Numbered from the stretch's first letter, positions 22,095 to 34,300 are shown. The stretch: 44,894 nucleotides of DNA from Octopus bimaculoides (GCF_001194135.2 NC_068984.1:20515146-20560039), one strand, 5' to 3'. Notes: a model not told the origin generated them from the letters alone. Made by a program: numbers and translations.

Positions 22095-22586
22095 TCTTTT
22101 ATCTTTTATCTTTTACTTGTTTCACTCATTGGACTGCAGCCATGTTGAGGCACCACCTTGAATGAGTTTAGTGCACCTGAACATTATGCACAATAATTTC
22201 ATTATTATTATTAAATCGACTCCGGTATTCATTTTAAAGTCCGCTCCTTATTCGATTAGTATCTTTTACCGAACCTCTAAGTTATGGGGGACGCAAACAA
22301 ACTAATACGGGTTGTCAAATGGTTGCGGGTTGGGGGATAAACACAGACACACAGACACAGACAGACAGACACAGGCACACACACACATACACACACACAC
22401 ACATGTATACATATATACTATACACATACGACAGGTTACCACAAAGTTTCTGTCAACTAAATTCACTCACAAGGTATTGGTCGGCATAGTGCTATAGTAG
22501 AAGACACTTGCTCAAGGTGCCGTATTGTAGGACTGAACCCGAATACTCGTGATTGAAAAGAGAACTTCTCAACCACGCAGCCATCG
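22095..22586 (-). mobile_element. SINE family B, near full length
   Basis: Reverse tail TTTTACTTGTTTCACTCATTGGACTGCAGCCATG through reverse head GGACTGAACCC...AACCACGCAGCCAT. Confidence 0.8.
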
Positions 22587-22752
22587 TGAATGTTTAAAAG
22601 CAGTTGTCTTTAACTCTTGGTACATTCTAATAATAACCATTCACCCGTGAAATAATCTAGCGAAACAGATTATGATGTACCATATATCAACTAGAATTAT
22701 TATAACTAGAATTATGTTGTCCACATAACGATTTTAATATCTGCAGGGCTTG

Positions 22753-22942
22753 TAAAGCGGAGAACTGGCAAAATCGTTAACACGCCGGACAAAATGCTTA
22801 GCAACATTTCGTCCGTCTTGATGCTCTGAGGTCGAGTTTGCCTTTCATTCTTTCGAGGTCGATAAGATAAGTACCAGTTGAGTACTGAGATCGCTGTAAT
22901 CGAATCACCCCCCTCTCCCGAAATTGCTGGCCTTGTGCCAAC
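22753..22942 (+). mobile_element. SINE family A
   Basis: CTGGCAAAATCGTTAACACGCCGGACAAAATGCTTAGC...GGCCTTGTGCCAA. Confidence 0.85.
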
Positions 22943-22944
22943 TT

Positions 22945-23280
22945 CCTTCCTTGTCGTTAACCCTCCAACGCAGAGTATAGGCCACTTATAATTGAATTCC
23001 ATGTCGCATAATTTTTCGCTTATGTACTTATACTCTGCCATGAATGTCCCCCTTTCTCTAGTTCCTTTTGTGTTGATCTACGCCACGAGTTCTTAGGCCT
23101 ACCCCTCTTTCTGTATCCTTCCGGATTCCACTGTAAAGCACTTTTCGCTACATTTGGTGTGTCTTCTCTAATTGTGTTACCAATCCACTTCCACTTTTTG
23201 TTAAATATTTGCTCCCTAATCGAAACTTGATTTGTTTTGTTCTTTGCCATAGCTTCATATTGTTTATGTGTTCGGGCCAT
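22945..23280 (-). pseudogene. RTE-type LINE ORF2 3' fragment
   Basis: IREQIFNKKWKWIGNTIRED..NVAKSALQWNPEGYRKRGRPKNSWRRS, the typical RTE C-terminal W.WIGH..R...AL.WNP.G.R.RGRP..W motif. Confidence 0.85.
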
Positions 23281-23639
23281 CTAATTTTAAGTATACTACG
23301 CAAGCATTGAAACATGGTGAACAACAGTTAAGTCAAATAAGCAAATACAATCATTCATCAACAGATGCTTGCGTAGTATACTTAAAATTAGCTGGCCTTG
23401 TGCCAACATTTGAAACTAATATCTGCACAGCTTCAATAGTTCAACCAGTGAAAACTTCACTCATTTTTAGATATTTATTGAGGACAAAAGAAGACCAACA
23501 ACTCTATCTCATGTTCTAGAACAGCATAGGCAAACTTTCTAGAGAAGCGGGCCGCATTAGATTTGGCTCCTCATCAGGAGGTCCACACTATTAAAAAAAT
23601 CACGGTAATTTTTCGTTAGACGTGCCATTCAGACTGTGG

Positions 23640-24110
23640 CCCTCGCAGTTTGCTGATGGTTGCTATAGAACAAACAGAAATGAGAAGCAATGAGGCGGTG
23701 ATCATTTGGCATTAGCTGCGCTGGATGAGGAGGAAGGATGGACAACAGAAAACCATTTTTGGTCCTGAACTGGCACCGGGAAAACCGTCACTAATTCAGG
23801 GACATTCTGGAGCGGAATCTTACACTCTGCGGCATCCAACTAACAGGGTTTGAAGCTGTCGTGGAGGATAGAAAATAATGAAAAAATCGCAGCTGTCTTG
23901 GCTCTTTGAGAGGAACAGAAAAGACGAGAAGCACCAAAGATAACAAATGAGAAAGATTAGGTTGACCATCTTTCGGTGCCCTGTCACAGCCACCACACGA
24001 TTCCGTGTAAAGAATATCACCAAATATTGCGAACAATTCTGGATCTCCGTTGTCGTCTGAAGGCGAAATAAAAGAAATTGGAATAGTGGGCGGCATCTTT
24101 TGGGAGTGAT
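23640..24110 (+). pseudogene. RTE/BovB-like LINE 3' remnant (different family)
   Basis: Frameshifted RW(M)RRKDGQQKTIFGPELAPGK / FRDILERNLTLCGIQLTGFEAVVEDRK resembles RW.GH..R..D.R.PK..L.GEL..GKR...FKD.L...L...I..WE..A.DR. Confidence 0.6.
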
Positions 24111-24214
24111 AAGAATCCCGACACCTACACATATACATACACCTATGCATACATACACATACCACATACATACATTACATGCGCGCGCGTGCACCCCCCC
24201 CCCCACGAGTTATT

Positions 24215-24420
24215 GTTTAGCTGCAGATTAGCTTAATCAAAGCCGTGAAAACATATTCTAAATACGACCATCTCGCTCTTAGTTTTTTAAATAAAGTACA
24301 TTAAAGATCACCTTATCAAAATATACTTTTTCAGCTGTTTTTTTTTAAAGACAGTAGGGTATGATTTAAAGGAAAATTAGCTGCTATTTTTAACAGGTCG
24401 AACGATTACATAGTGTTCTC
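24215..24420 (-). mobile_element. Repeat family D copy
   Basis: AAGACAGTAGGGTATGATTTAAAGG...GCTGCTATTTTTAACAGGTCGAACGA is the reverse of the core. Confidence 0.6.
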
Positions 24421-24799
24421 GACGTCTGGAAGATTATTGGATAAAGTAAGAATGCTAGTAAGTTCACCACACAGCACTGGGCTCTCGGTCCTCTTATGCA
24501 GTGATGATCTATCAGTTATTTCTTCATATCGAATCACTACTGATATTAACGGTATTCGATATCACCACAGCATCCGATTTCGCTTTAACGTCAACTTTTT
24601 CATGCTTGCATGAGTCAGACGTCTGACTATTCTCCCTAACGTCAACCTTCCCTTGTTTTCAAGTAAGGTCACATATTTTCTTGAAACTGGGCATGCTTTG
24701 ATTGATGATTGGAAGCGGATATGGCGGTAACACTCGTTTACAGCTATCACGTGATGTCCAGACGATGAGGAACAGATTCATGCAGACATACATACATAT

Positions 24800-24838
<39 letters not shown>

Positions 24839-24866
24839 ACAAACACACACACACATATCACACATA

Positions 24867-24938
24867 CATGAGCTGGCAGAATCGCTAGCACGCCGGACAA
24901 AATACTTAGCGTCTTTTCGTTCGTCTTGAAGTTCTGAG
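24867..24938 (+). mobile_element. SINE family A head (cut by gap)
   Basis: GAGCTGGCAGAATCGCTAGCACGCCGGACAAAATACTTAGCG. Confidence 0.8.
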
Positions 24939-25540
24939 NNNNNNNNNNNNNNNNNNNNNNNNNNNNNNNNNNNNNNNNNNNNNNNNNNNNNNNNNNNNNN
25001 NNNNNNNNNNNNNNNNNNNNNNNNNNNNNNNNNNNNNNNNNNNNNNNNNNNNNNNNNNNNNNNNNNNNNNNNNNNNNNNNNNNNNNNNNNNNNNNNNNNN
25101 NNNNNNNNNNNNNNNNNNNNNNNNNNNNNNNNNNNNNNNNNNNNNNNNNNNNNNNNNNNNNNNNNNNNNNNNNNNNNNNNNNNNNNNNNNNNNNNNNNNN
25201 NNNNNNNNNNNNNNNNNNNNNNNNNNNNNNNNNNNNNNNNNNNNNNNNNNNNNNNNNNNNNNNNNNNNNNNNNNNNNNNNNNNNNNNNNNNNNNNNNNNN
25301 NNNNNNNNNNNNNNNNNNNNNNNNNNNNNNNNNNNNNNNNNNNNNNNNNNNNNNNNNNNNNNNNNNNNNNNNNNNNNNNNNNNNNNNNNNNNNNNNNNNN
25401 NNNNNNNNNNNNNNNNNNNNNNNNNNNNNNNNNNNNNNNNNNNNNNNNNNNNNNNNNNNNNNNNNNNNNNNNNNNNNNNNNNNNNNNNNNNNNNNNNNNN
25501 NNNNNNNNNNNNNNATATATACATATACATACACGTATAC

Positions 25541-25564
<24 letters not shown>

Positions 25565-25571
<7 letters not shown>

Positions 25572-25690
25572 GCTTCTTTCAGTTTCTGCCTACCAAATAC
25601 ACTCATAAAGCTTTGGTCGGCCGAGGGTGTCATGCAGTGAGACTGAACCCGAAATAATGCGGTTGCAAAAAACCTAATTTCCACCACGTA
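25565..25690 (-). mobile_element. SINE family B 5' part
   Basis: CTTCTTTCAGTTTCTGCCTACCAAATACACTCATAAAGCTTTGGTCGGCCGAGG...GACTGAACCC. Confidence 0.75.
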
Positions 25691-26354
25691 GACATGCCTG
25701 ATAAATACCTGTTACGAAAGAAACACTTCTCTAGCCATAGCAGAAAGCTAACTGGAATGTTCTATTAAATTTGCCACAGGTTTGCAATTAAGTCAATACA
25801 CTTAACAATCGAGAAACACAATACAACTTGAACAATCTCATACTATTGTCAAAGATTTTCTGTGCCTTCAACACCTTAACGAATGTTAATAAAAATGCCC
25901 AACCCTCACTATAAAATCACTCAAATGACCTGCATAACAACGCAAAAGGAACAGACTGTTGAAAACATAATAAAGGGTGCAGCAAGAAGCAAAAAAACTT
26001 CCCACATTTTATAGGTTGATAAACACTGCCATAGTAAATGCTTGATAGATACCAGCTCAAGCTATGACTAAAAAAGACGGTGAAACATTAGCTTCATGAA
26101 GACATCAATACCACCTGGCTAACTTCCCTAGCCTAACAACAATGACCGTGTAAAATATGGGAGGTTTTTCTGCCGCCCCTTGTATCTTCATTAGACACTT
26201 CAAAGTCAAACAGTACAGATAATATATTCCGCATTAAGCAAAAAACTGGAACAAGTTCTATGAGTCAACATCACTATTATTGTGTAAACGAGCTACGTTT
26301 TAATATAGCGGGTATGTGTGTGTGTGCGTGCGTAAATATGTGAGTGCGTGTATT

Positions 26355-26426
<72 letters not shown>

Positions 26427-26998
26427 NNNNNNNNNNNNNNNNNNNNNNNNNNNNNNNNNNNNNNNNNNNNNNNNNNNNNNNNNNNNNNNNNNNNNNNNNN
26501 NNNNNNNNNNNNNNNNNNNNNNNNNNNNNNNNNNNNNNNNNNNNNNNNNNNNNNNNNNNNNNNNNNNNNNNNNNNNNNNNNNNNNNNNNNNNNNNNNNNN
26601 NNNNNNNNNNNNNNNNNNNNNNNNNNNNNNNNNNNNNNNNNNNNNNNNNNNNNNNNNNNNNNNNNNNNNNNNNNNNNNNNNNNNNNNNNNNNNNNNNNNN
26701 NNNNNNNNNNNNNNNNNNNNNNNNNNNNNNNNNNNNNNNNNNNNNNNNNNNNNNNNNNNNNNNNNNNNNNNNNNNNNNNNNNNNNNNNNNNNNNNNNNNN
26801 NNNNNNNNNNNNNNNNNNNNNNNNNNNNNNNNNNNNNNNNNNNNNNNNNNNNNNNNNNNNNNNNNNNNNNNNNNNNNNNNNNNNNNNNNNNNNNNNNNNN
26901 NNNNNNNNNNNNNNNNNNNNNNNNNNNNNNNNNNNNNNNNNNNNNNNNNNNNNNNNNNNNNNNNNNNNNNNNNNNNNNNNNNNNNNNNNNNNNNNNNN

Positions 26999-27041
<43 letters not shown>

Positions 27042-27135
27042 GTATATATATATATAAACGGCGGTGCCCCAGCATGGTCACAGCTCATGAGCTGAAACTA
27101 GATAAAATGAAAATGAAAAAAAAATATATATAATT

Positions 27136-27264
27136 TTGTGAACCATGAAAGGATGAAAAGCAAAGTCGACCTCGGCAGAATTTGAATTCAGAACGTGAAG
27201 TCGGACGAAATGCCGCTAAGCATTTTGCCCGCAGTGCTAACGATTCTGCCAGCTTGCTGCCTTA
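27136..27264 (-). mobile_element. SINE family A 5' half
   Basis: GAAAGGATGAAAAGCAAAGTCGACCTCGGCAGAATTTGAATTC...TTCTGCCAGCTTGCTGCCTTA. Confidence 0.85.
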
Positions 27265-27678
27265 TGATAACGAAAATATATTAGAATGTAGACATATTCT
27301 TTTATACTTTTGATGTGCATAAAAAACAGACGTGGTCGATTTTCCTGATTTACGGACGCTTCTCAGTGAAGACGTACCAAATCTCCTTCTTCATACTGGA
27401 CATCTTGAGCTAATATTTAGTCCCTACTTCTTGTCTCTGAATTCCCGGGCAGCCTTTATGTTTTTAACGTTGTTGACACTGTCAGATTGACTTGTACAGT
27501 ACAGGTGTCGAAAGCATAATGATATCCCCAAGGCAGCTGAAAGAGAGATAAATATGTTTGGGTCGTGAGTTCTAAGTCATCCTTCCTTGAGATTCTAGTT
27601 CTTGAAGACTTAAACCTATTTGGAGTGTTTTTTCCTTTATTTCTACTTCCTTACTTTCCCATGACCCATTCGTTTATT

Positions 27679-27714
27679 TTTTCTGATGAAGGACCAACGT
27701 CCGAAACGTCAAAG
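27679..27714 (+). ncRNA. Minimal type I hammerhead ribozyme (Penelope pLTR/retrozyme type)
   Basis: TTTT-CTGATGA-A-GGAC-CAAC-GTCC-GAAAC-GTC-AAAG: full core, perfect 4-bp helix II, palindromic ACGT helix III, GUC cleavage triplet, short U/A helix I. Confidence 0.75.
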
Positions 27715-27863
27715 TTTTTCCATTCCCTCGAAGCATCCATTATAGTTGTTAACAACTTGTCTTTCCTCTCGTGGTGTCTTCTTCTTTGCTCATGTCTAAT
27801 ATATAAAGTGAGAAGGATAAACGTGTCTCAAAAAGACATCCATCGCATGCTGAAATGACCGGT

Positions 27864-27895
<32 letters not shown>

Positions 27896-29605
27896 NNNNN
27901 NNNNNNNNNNNNNNNNNNNNNNNNNNNNNNNNNNNNNNNNNNNNNNNNNNNNNNNNNNNNNNNNNNNNNNNNNNNNNNNNNNNNNNNNNNNNNNNNNNNN
28001 NNNNNNNNNNNNNNNNNNNNNNNNNNNNNNNNNNNNNNNNNNNNNNNNNNNNNNNNNNNNNNNNNNNNNNNNNNNNNNNNNNNNNNNNNNNNNNNNNNNN
28101 NNNNNNNNNNNNNNNNNNNNNNNNNNNNNNNNNNNNNNNNNNNNNNNNNNNNNNNNNNNNNNNNNNNNNNNNNNNNNNNNNNNNNNNNNNNNNNNNNNNN
28201 NNNNNNNNNNNNNNNNNNNNNNNNNNNNNNNNNNNNNNNNNNNNNNNNNNNNNNNNNNNNNNNNNGCTAACTTCTCACCAGCCCAGAGGATCGTGAGGAC
28301 TTAGCGTCTCTCTATCTGTATTTTCCGTTTGTTCCGTTTGTTTTTATTCTATATAACTTTTGAACATATCATTTAATGTAACGCTACGCATCTTCTTATT
28401 TTGTAAACTTTCTCTGTGTGCGCGCGTGCGTACTTGTAATTCGTTTCCGGCAAATGCCTTCGAGTGCACTCGTAAAAACTCCTATGCTACTTCTTGTTGA
28501 CGACTGCTTATTAATCCCATCTTCCCGAGTGATCGCATGGGGTTGTTATTTATGCGGCACTCTGCATAGCGAAGGATAAAGTCATTAATAAGAAGAAATT
28601 GTCCGGATGGAAATATTTATATATTTTAAGAGAGTCCATTATTATACATATATATTTCTTCAGACCTGAAGAAGTAGACATGTGTAACAACGGACTCGTT
28701 TTAGATACAGGGATACCATAAATAATATTCAATAGTATCCTATGGACATGAGAATGTAGTCACAAACAAACACGTGTCATGCAGAAACATATGTAGCAAT
28801 ACATTAATAAAATATATGAACGAGGATGTATTCTGTTCGACTGTTCGTCCTCGTTCACCGTCCTAAATCACATCGGTTTGTGTGGATTGGTGAAGTGAGA
28901 AAAGCTTTGGCGGTTAGAGGGGCTGGAGTGAGAGAGGCAAGAGAGTTTAAAAAGAGGATAGGAAAGCTTGGAGAGTGTTTGTGGACGGCTGAGTGAATTT
29001 TTGATGTTGCTCAAAGGGGTACGGAACCAGCATGATGCGGCGGGGGTAAACCAGAATATGCTATCGGGCCCCGCTGCTGATATTGGGGGTTGCGTTCTAT
29101 CCCTTGACCCGAGTTGAGAAATGAATGTAATGCCCGGTGTGTTTTTTGTTGTGGCTACCCCCTCCTAAAAAGGATGGGGAATAGGCCTGGGTATATATAT
29201 ATATATATATAATAAAAACAATTTTATATTAAGTGTATGTGTATGTGTGTGTGCGTACACCTGTATACTTTCTCATTTACATATTTGAATATACACTTGC
29301 ACAAAGTTTCCTGCATATATATTAAGATACATGCTTAATCAGATTGGCCGCTGAAGAAGGAAATTCTCTGGTTATGTTTAATGTGTTTCCGTTCTTGTTA
29401 ATGCCACTGCTCGTTGTCACCATCCTGTTTGATTTGTTTTTCTTATCTAGGAAAGTGCAGGTTACCATATTGCTTTATGGTTCCTTGGTAGAGAGTGCAT
29501 TAAGAGCAGTTGTAAATTTAAAGCTAGGGTAATTCTCTTTGGTAAATAATTATATTTTTTAAATTCGAAAGTCAGGCATGCAACAGCACGTGCAGGTGTT
29601 TGCTT

Positions 29606-29715
29606 GGCGTAGGCATGGCTGTGTGGTTAAGAAGCAGCGCCATGGGCAAATGTCTTCTATTTCAGGCCTTGATTGACCAAAGCCTTGTAATTGGGTTAGG
29701 TAGACGGAAATTGCA
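29606..29715 (+). mobile_element. SINE family B 5' part with internal deletion
   Basis: GGCGTAGGCATGGCTGTGTGGTTAAG joined to TGGGCAAATGTCTTCT...GACCAAAGCCTTGT...GTAGACGGAAA. Confidence 0.7.
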
Positions 29716-31544
29716 ATGTCAGTTCCTTATCTGTACAAATAGATTTATGGAGTGGCTTTAGGTTGTCCTTAGGTGATTAGTATTTTCACTACATGATTAT
29801 AAATCTAGTTATACAGATAAGAACTGACCTTCTTAAAACCACACCCATTCTACCTCGCTAAAGTTATTTGTAGAGGAGGCACTCGATTGGTTATCTGATC
29901 CTTTTTTCAGCTCTAGCCTCCCCCCTTAACTATTGAAATATACAACTTTCTTCTGGTTTCTCTTGGTGAATTCAATACGATAAAGGATTTCTAAGTGGCA
30001 AGTAGTTGATAAAAAAGAACACTTAATAATTATGTAGCACCTTAGAGATACATAATATGCGTTCGATGCACCTTTCGAAACACGTGTAGTACATAACTAC
30101 CTATTCTATTCCTTTCATTCACTGACTACACACGCACACACACAGATGTATATTTATACATTTTGTCCTATTTGAATTTTTTTATGCATTATTTTTTATA
30201 TATTTTCTTGTATTTATTTTGTCTATTTATGATTTAAACCTGCCCAGGTCGCACTATTTCGTTATAAATATTGTCGTAAACATTAGAAATCAGTGACGTA
30301 AACAATGACACACATGAAACTATAAAAAAGGCGGTGCAATTCCTTTGATCATAAGTCTGTACGCTCAGTACGAACCTGGGGACAGACATCAACAATAGGA
30401 GCAAGAGTAGTAAATATGAAAATTATGACAGACAGCTGGGACTGGAAACGTGCTTGTGTGCTTGCCTGTGTATTTGGTGTGTGTGTATGTGTGTTTGTGT
30501 ATGTAGGAATGTATGTACATACCCCCACGCACACATACACATCCGTTTAGTGGTGTCACTTACCTGAAGTCCATGTGCATCAACAGATAAAACTCAGAGT
30601 AGCAAGAGACTGATTCGACCGAAGACAGAGAGAGAGAGAGAGAGAGAGAGGGAGAAACAGAGATACATAAGGAGTGGGGTAGATCAAAGTGTGTGAAGTA
30701 TGCTTATGTATACGTGTGAAGGTGTACTGAGGCGCTAAAATGCAATGACGTGGCATCAGTTACTCTGAGTACACCGTATCGCAGTCAGGAAAGACACTGC
30801 AGTTTCAATTTCATTTACTAATTACTCATATTAATCAATGTGTAACACATTAATTATCTCTACCTTTCGATTCTAATTGTTGCTCGTTTATTGTATTTGA
30901 TTTCTTTATAGGGAAAAACCAATGTTTACCGTGGGAGTGTGAAATAGCGTAGAGCCAGGATCGAAATCTCAAATCTCGCAGACTCATTTCGCAAGATGAC
31001 CTTCCACTCTACGATGCTTGTCATCGTGTTGTTATGATATCTAACCTGTTTCTCCAGTCCACAGTCCCGAAATTACGTTTAAATCACACACACATACACA
31101 TAAACATACACACACAAATATTCACATACAGCTACACCCACCCAGTTAGACACCCCCGCCTCACATCACCGCCACCTCACACACACAAACATCCATGTAT
31201 TTAATGTATTGTAGACATAAGTATGAGAAAGCTTAGGTCATTACGTATACGGCATGGTTAAATGCACTAAATGACTTTTTTGTTTGCGAAAAGCAAGCAA
31301 TTATAATTTGTATATTTATATTAATGAATTAATGATCAGTTGTAGGTGGGGAGACAGAAAAAGTAAGAAGTGGTTTTATGAATATCTTGTCGGTTTGACA
31401 TGTTTACACAAATTTACAAAAAGATGGTTTTTGCACAAAAAATGAGTTTTCAATTAGAAATGTGAGCAACAGTTGTGATAATGCAAACGACAGAACGTTG
31501 CCTGAAAATCGAAGCATGCATTTTGATGTCATTTTGTTCTGGTA

Positions 31545-31695
31545 ATTTACGATCTGGTTTCTGATCCCGCCAAGGTCAACTTTGCCTTTCATTCTTTCGT
31601 AGTCGGTAAAATAAAGTACCGGTTAAGTATCAGAGATGATGGTATCCATTAATCCCCTTCCCCTTGAAATTGCTGGCCTTCTACCTCAATAAGAA
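31545..31695 (+). mobile_element. SINE family A, 3' half
   Basis: CCGCCAAGGTCAACTTTGCCTTTCATTCTTTCG...GAAATTGCTGGCCTT. Confidence 0.75.
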
Positions 31696-31714
31696 GCTAT
31701 TATGACGTCACATA

Positions 31715-32105
31715 ATTGTTTAGTCCCCAGATCTACCTTAATTGAGTACACCTATGATCAAAGGTGTTTCAGTCCTTTTTGAATATTAGGGAATGCATTG
31801 TCCAGGGCCGTCTTAGTAGCATTATAGACACCCTCCCCGGGGCAAATCAATGCGTTAATCCATATTGTATTTATCTATTGATAGCAATCCACAACATACA
31901 GAGATTAGCATTGGGCTTCTGAGCCCGAGAGGTCCCCAGGCATTTACCTTGAGTGTCCATACCTTAAGGCGGATCTGCATCGTCCCATATGAGATTTCGT
32001 TTCTTCTTTATTTTTAAGACGGTGTTTCCATTTGAGGTGATTTCACTGCTACTTTTAACAAATAGAGGGACCACATAGAAAGCCCCATGTTGGTCGTTCC
32101 CCTAG
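31715..32105 (-). mobile_element. Repeat family D copy interrupted by a MITE
   Basis: Reverse tail TTTAGTCCCCAG...CCTATGATCAAAGG and reverse core TTTTTAAGACGGTG...TTTGAGG. Confidence 0.6.
31803..31977. mobile_element. MITE with CAGGGCCG-type ends
   Basis: TIR CAGGGCCGTCTTA / TAAGGCGGATCTG; flanking duplication CATTGTC / CATCGTC. Confidence 0.7.
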
Positions 32106-32369
32106 TTGGTTGAGCGACGGAATGTGATTCATAAAATTGTTTGATTGTTTTAGTGCCAACTTATTCTTTTTAGATTGGCGTTCTAGCCGTACCCATCTCG
32201 TCTATTTTGTCAAACACTTATTGTAGGATTAAATGCGTCCTCTTATGTTTTAAACACATACGAAACTCCACCTTGATACAAAATGTGTAGCTTCCACCCA
32301 CGTGTCCTGCTTAAAATCTGCCCTGTAACGATTATTTTTCTTTTATCTTCTCTGGTGTTAATAAAGCAA

Positions 32370-32580
32370 AGAGGGGTAGTTCAAGAGAGCCACCAATTCG
32401 AGCTGCTAGAAACAGCAGTCAAATTTCCTTCAAGTCACATCCTACCACGTTTAAACAGGGAGACATAGGACAATGTAGTCAGAGATATTCAAACGCATGG
32501 AATGATCATGTTTCGAACATCATCGATCACAGATCTGTTTGATCAGAGTTAACTTGGATTAATCAACAACAAACAACAAC
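32370..32580 (+). mobile_element. Repeat family D copy
   Basis: GCTGCTAGAAACAGCAGTCAAATTTCCTTCAAGTCACATCCTACCACG...TTTGATCA...AACAACAAACAACAAC. Confidence 0.65.
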
Positions 32581-33419
32581 AGCAACAACAATCACAACAA
32601 TCTCAATGGCAGCAAGAATAACGACAACTTCTACAGCACCAGCTTGAGGTTAAGCACCACGACTACCAACAACAACAACATGAGTCCAGATTATATGTGC
32701 TGTGTGTTATCGATGACATCCTCTTCTCTTGGGTCGTAAGTCAGGAAATTCATTTACGACTAAAATAAACTTTGGAAGACCTTTGAAACTTCAAGAATTA
32801 AAGGCAAAAGAATTCTTCCAAGTCTGGTAAACATCAAGTAAAAATCTTTCATGAAGACATTGGACATTAGACAATCAAGAATTTTTAACCAATAAGTTTG
32901 CTAACTTTATTGTATCGGGCCAACGAGGATGCCTCTACTTGGTCGCTTAACTGGATAGAAATAGTAACCAAATATCTATACAATTACACTCTAGCGTCTT
33001 GAAAGGGAAGGACTTTAAATAATGTAGTCCATGACTCTCTTGGTGATAATACAGCACTTGGTATTGTATTTTAACAATATCCTTGTACTGAAGCAGGAAT
33101 CTTTTGATAACTCAGCCGCTAGAAATTTTGGTCCTCTACATTGAATTGAGTTCATTACCATTCTTACTGAAAAAGAAGTCATCTCCATGAGTTTTTTACT
33201 CACCGCCCTTGTTTTGAAATACTATTGTTACATTTGGGCTGGTGTCCCTTGCTGGAATTTTCGCTCCTTGATTGAGTTCAAAAGCGGGTGTCTAACATTA
33301 TTGGACCGGTTTGGAGGTTAAACTTCAACCCTTTTCTCATCCCCAGGACATCACTTGTTTCCTTTCCTTTTTTTTTTTTAACGAATCTATAAATATTTCT
33401 ACGGTCATCGCTTCTTCCC

Positions 33420-33540
33420 TTGTACCTCCTTTGGTGAGGAAACGTGAAGTAAAGTGTCTTGCGCAGCGACACAACGCGTTACTGGGAATCGAACACACGA
33501 TCGTGAGCCGAATATCCTGACCACTAAGCCACGTACCTTC
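33420..33540 (-). mobile_element. tRNA-derived SINE head (family C-like)
   Basis: Reverse A/B boxes: GGGAATCGAAC...TGACCACTAAGCCACG. Confidence 0.6.
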
Positions 33541-33730
33541 TATCTAATTATGCATCTATCTGTGTGTATACATATACATACATATGTGCGCGTGTGCGTG
33601 TGTGTGTGTGTATACACACGTACACCTACACTCACACATACATGCATGCTTGTGTATCTATGTTCGTATGTATGTTTGTGAGTGAGAGAGAAAAGGTTCG
33701 TGTATGCTTGAACGAATATATATACGTGTG

Positions 33731-33945
33731 TAAGGCGGCGAGCTGGCAGAAACGTTAGCACGCCGGGATAAGTGCTTAGCGGTATTTCGTTTGTCCCTAC
33801 GTTCTGAGTTCAAATTCCGCCAAGGTAGACTTTGCTTTTCACCTTTCGGTGTCGATAGATTAAGCACCAGTTGCGTACTGGGGTCGATCTAATCGACTGG
33901 CCCCCCTCTCCAGAAATTTCGGGCCTTGTGCCTAGAGTAGAAAAT
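33731..33945 (+). mobile_element. SINE family A, full length
   Basis: TAAGGCGGCGAGCTGGCAGAAACGTTAGCACGCC...GGGCCTTGTGCCTAGAGTAGAAAA. Confidence 0.9.
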
Positions 33946-34300
33946 AATATTTAAATGTATATGTATGAATGCATACAGGCATGTATGCATGTATGCGTGC
34001 ATTCATATATGCATGTATATGTGCATTTTATCATGCATAAATGCATATATGCATACCTATAAGAATACTTGTGTTCAGGTATGCATACATACATATACAT
34101 TCATATGTATACATTATAAATGAATATGTGTATGTATACCTATATTTCCTCACACACACAAATATATGCATAAGTACGTATACATGAATGTATGTATATA
34201 TGCATGCATGCACAGTCAAGCAACCATGCATACATATATATGTATGCATATCTATATTTGTATATATGCATGCACATATGAATGCTTGTAACAATATAAG

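Noticed and set aside
23791-24206. 126-aa and 128-aa minus-strand ORFs as host exons
   Set aside because: They are antisense to an RTE remnant on the plus strand.
28265-29190. Possible LTR or LINE 3' end
   Set aside because: No TG...CA pair, TSD or recognisable peptide motif that I can support.
29345-29400. CTGAAGAA-GGAAA...TTTCC, hammerhead-like
   Set aside because: No GAAA after the stem and no helix I or III.
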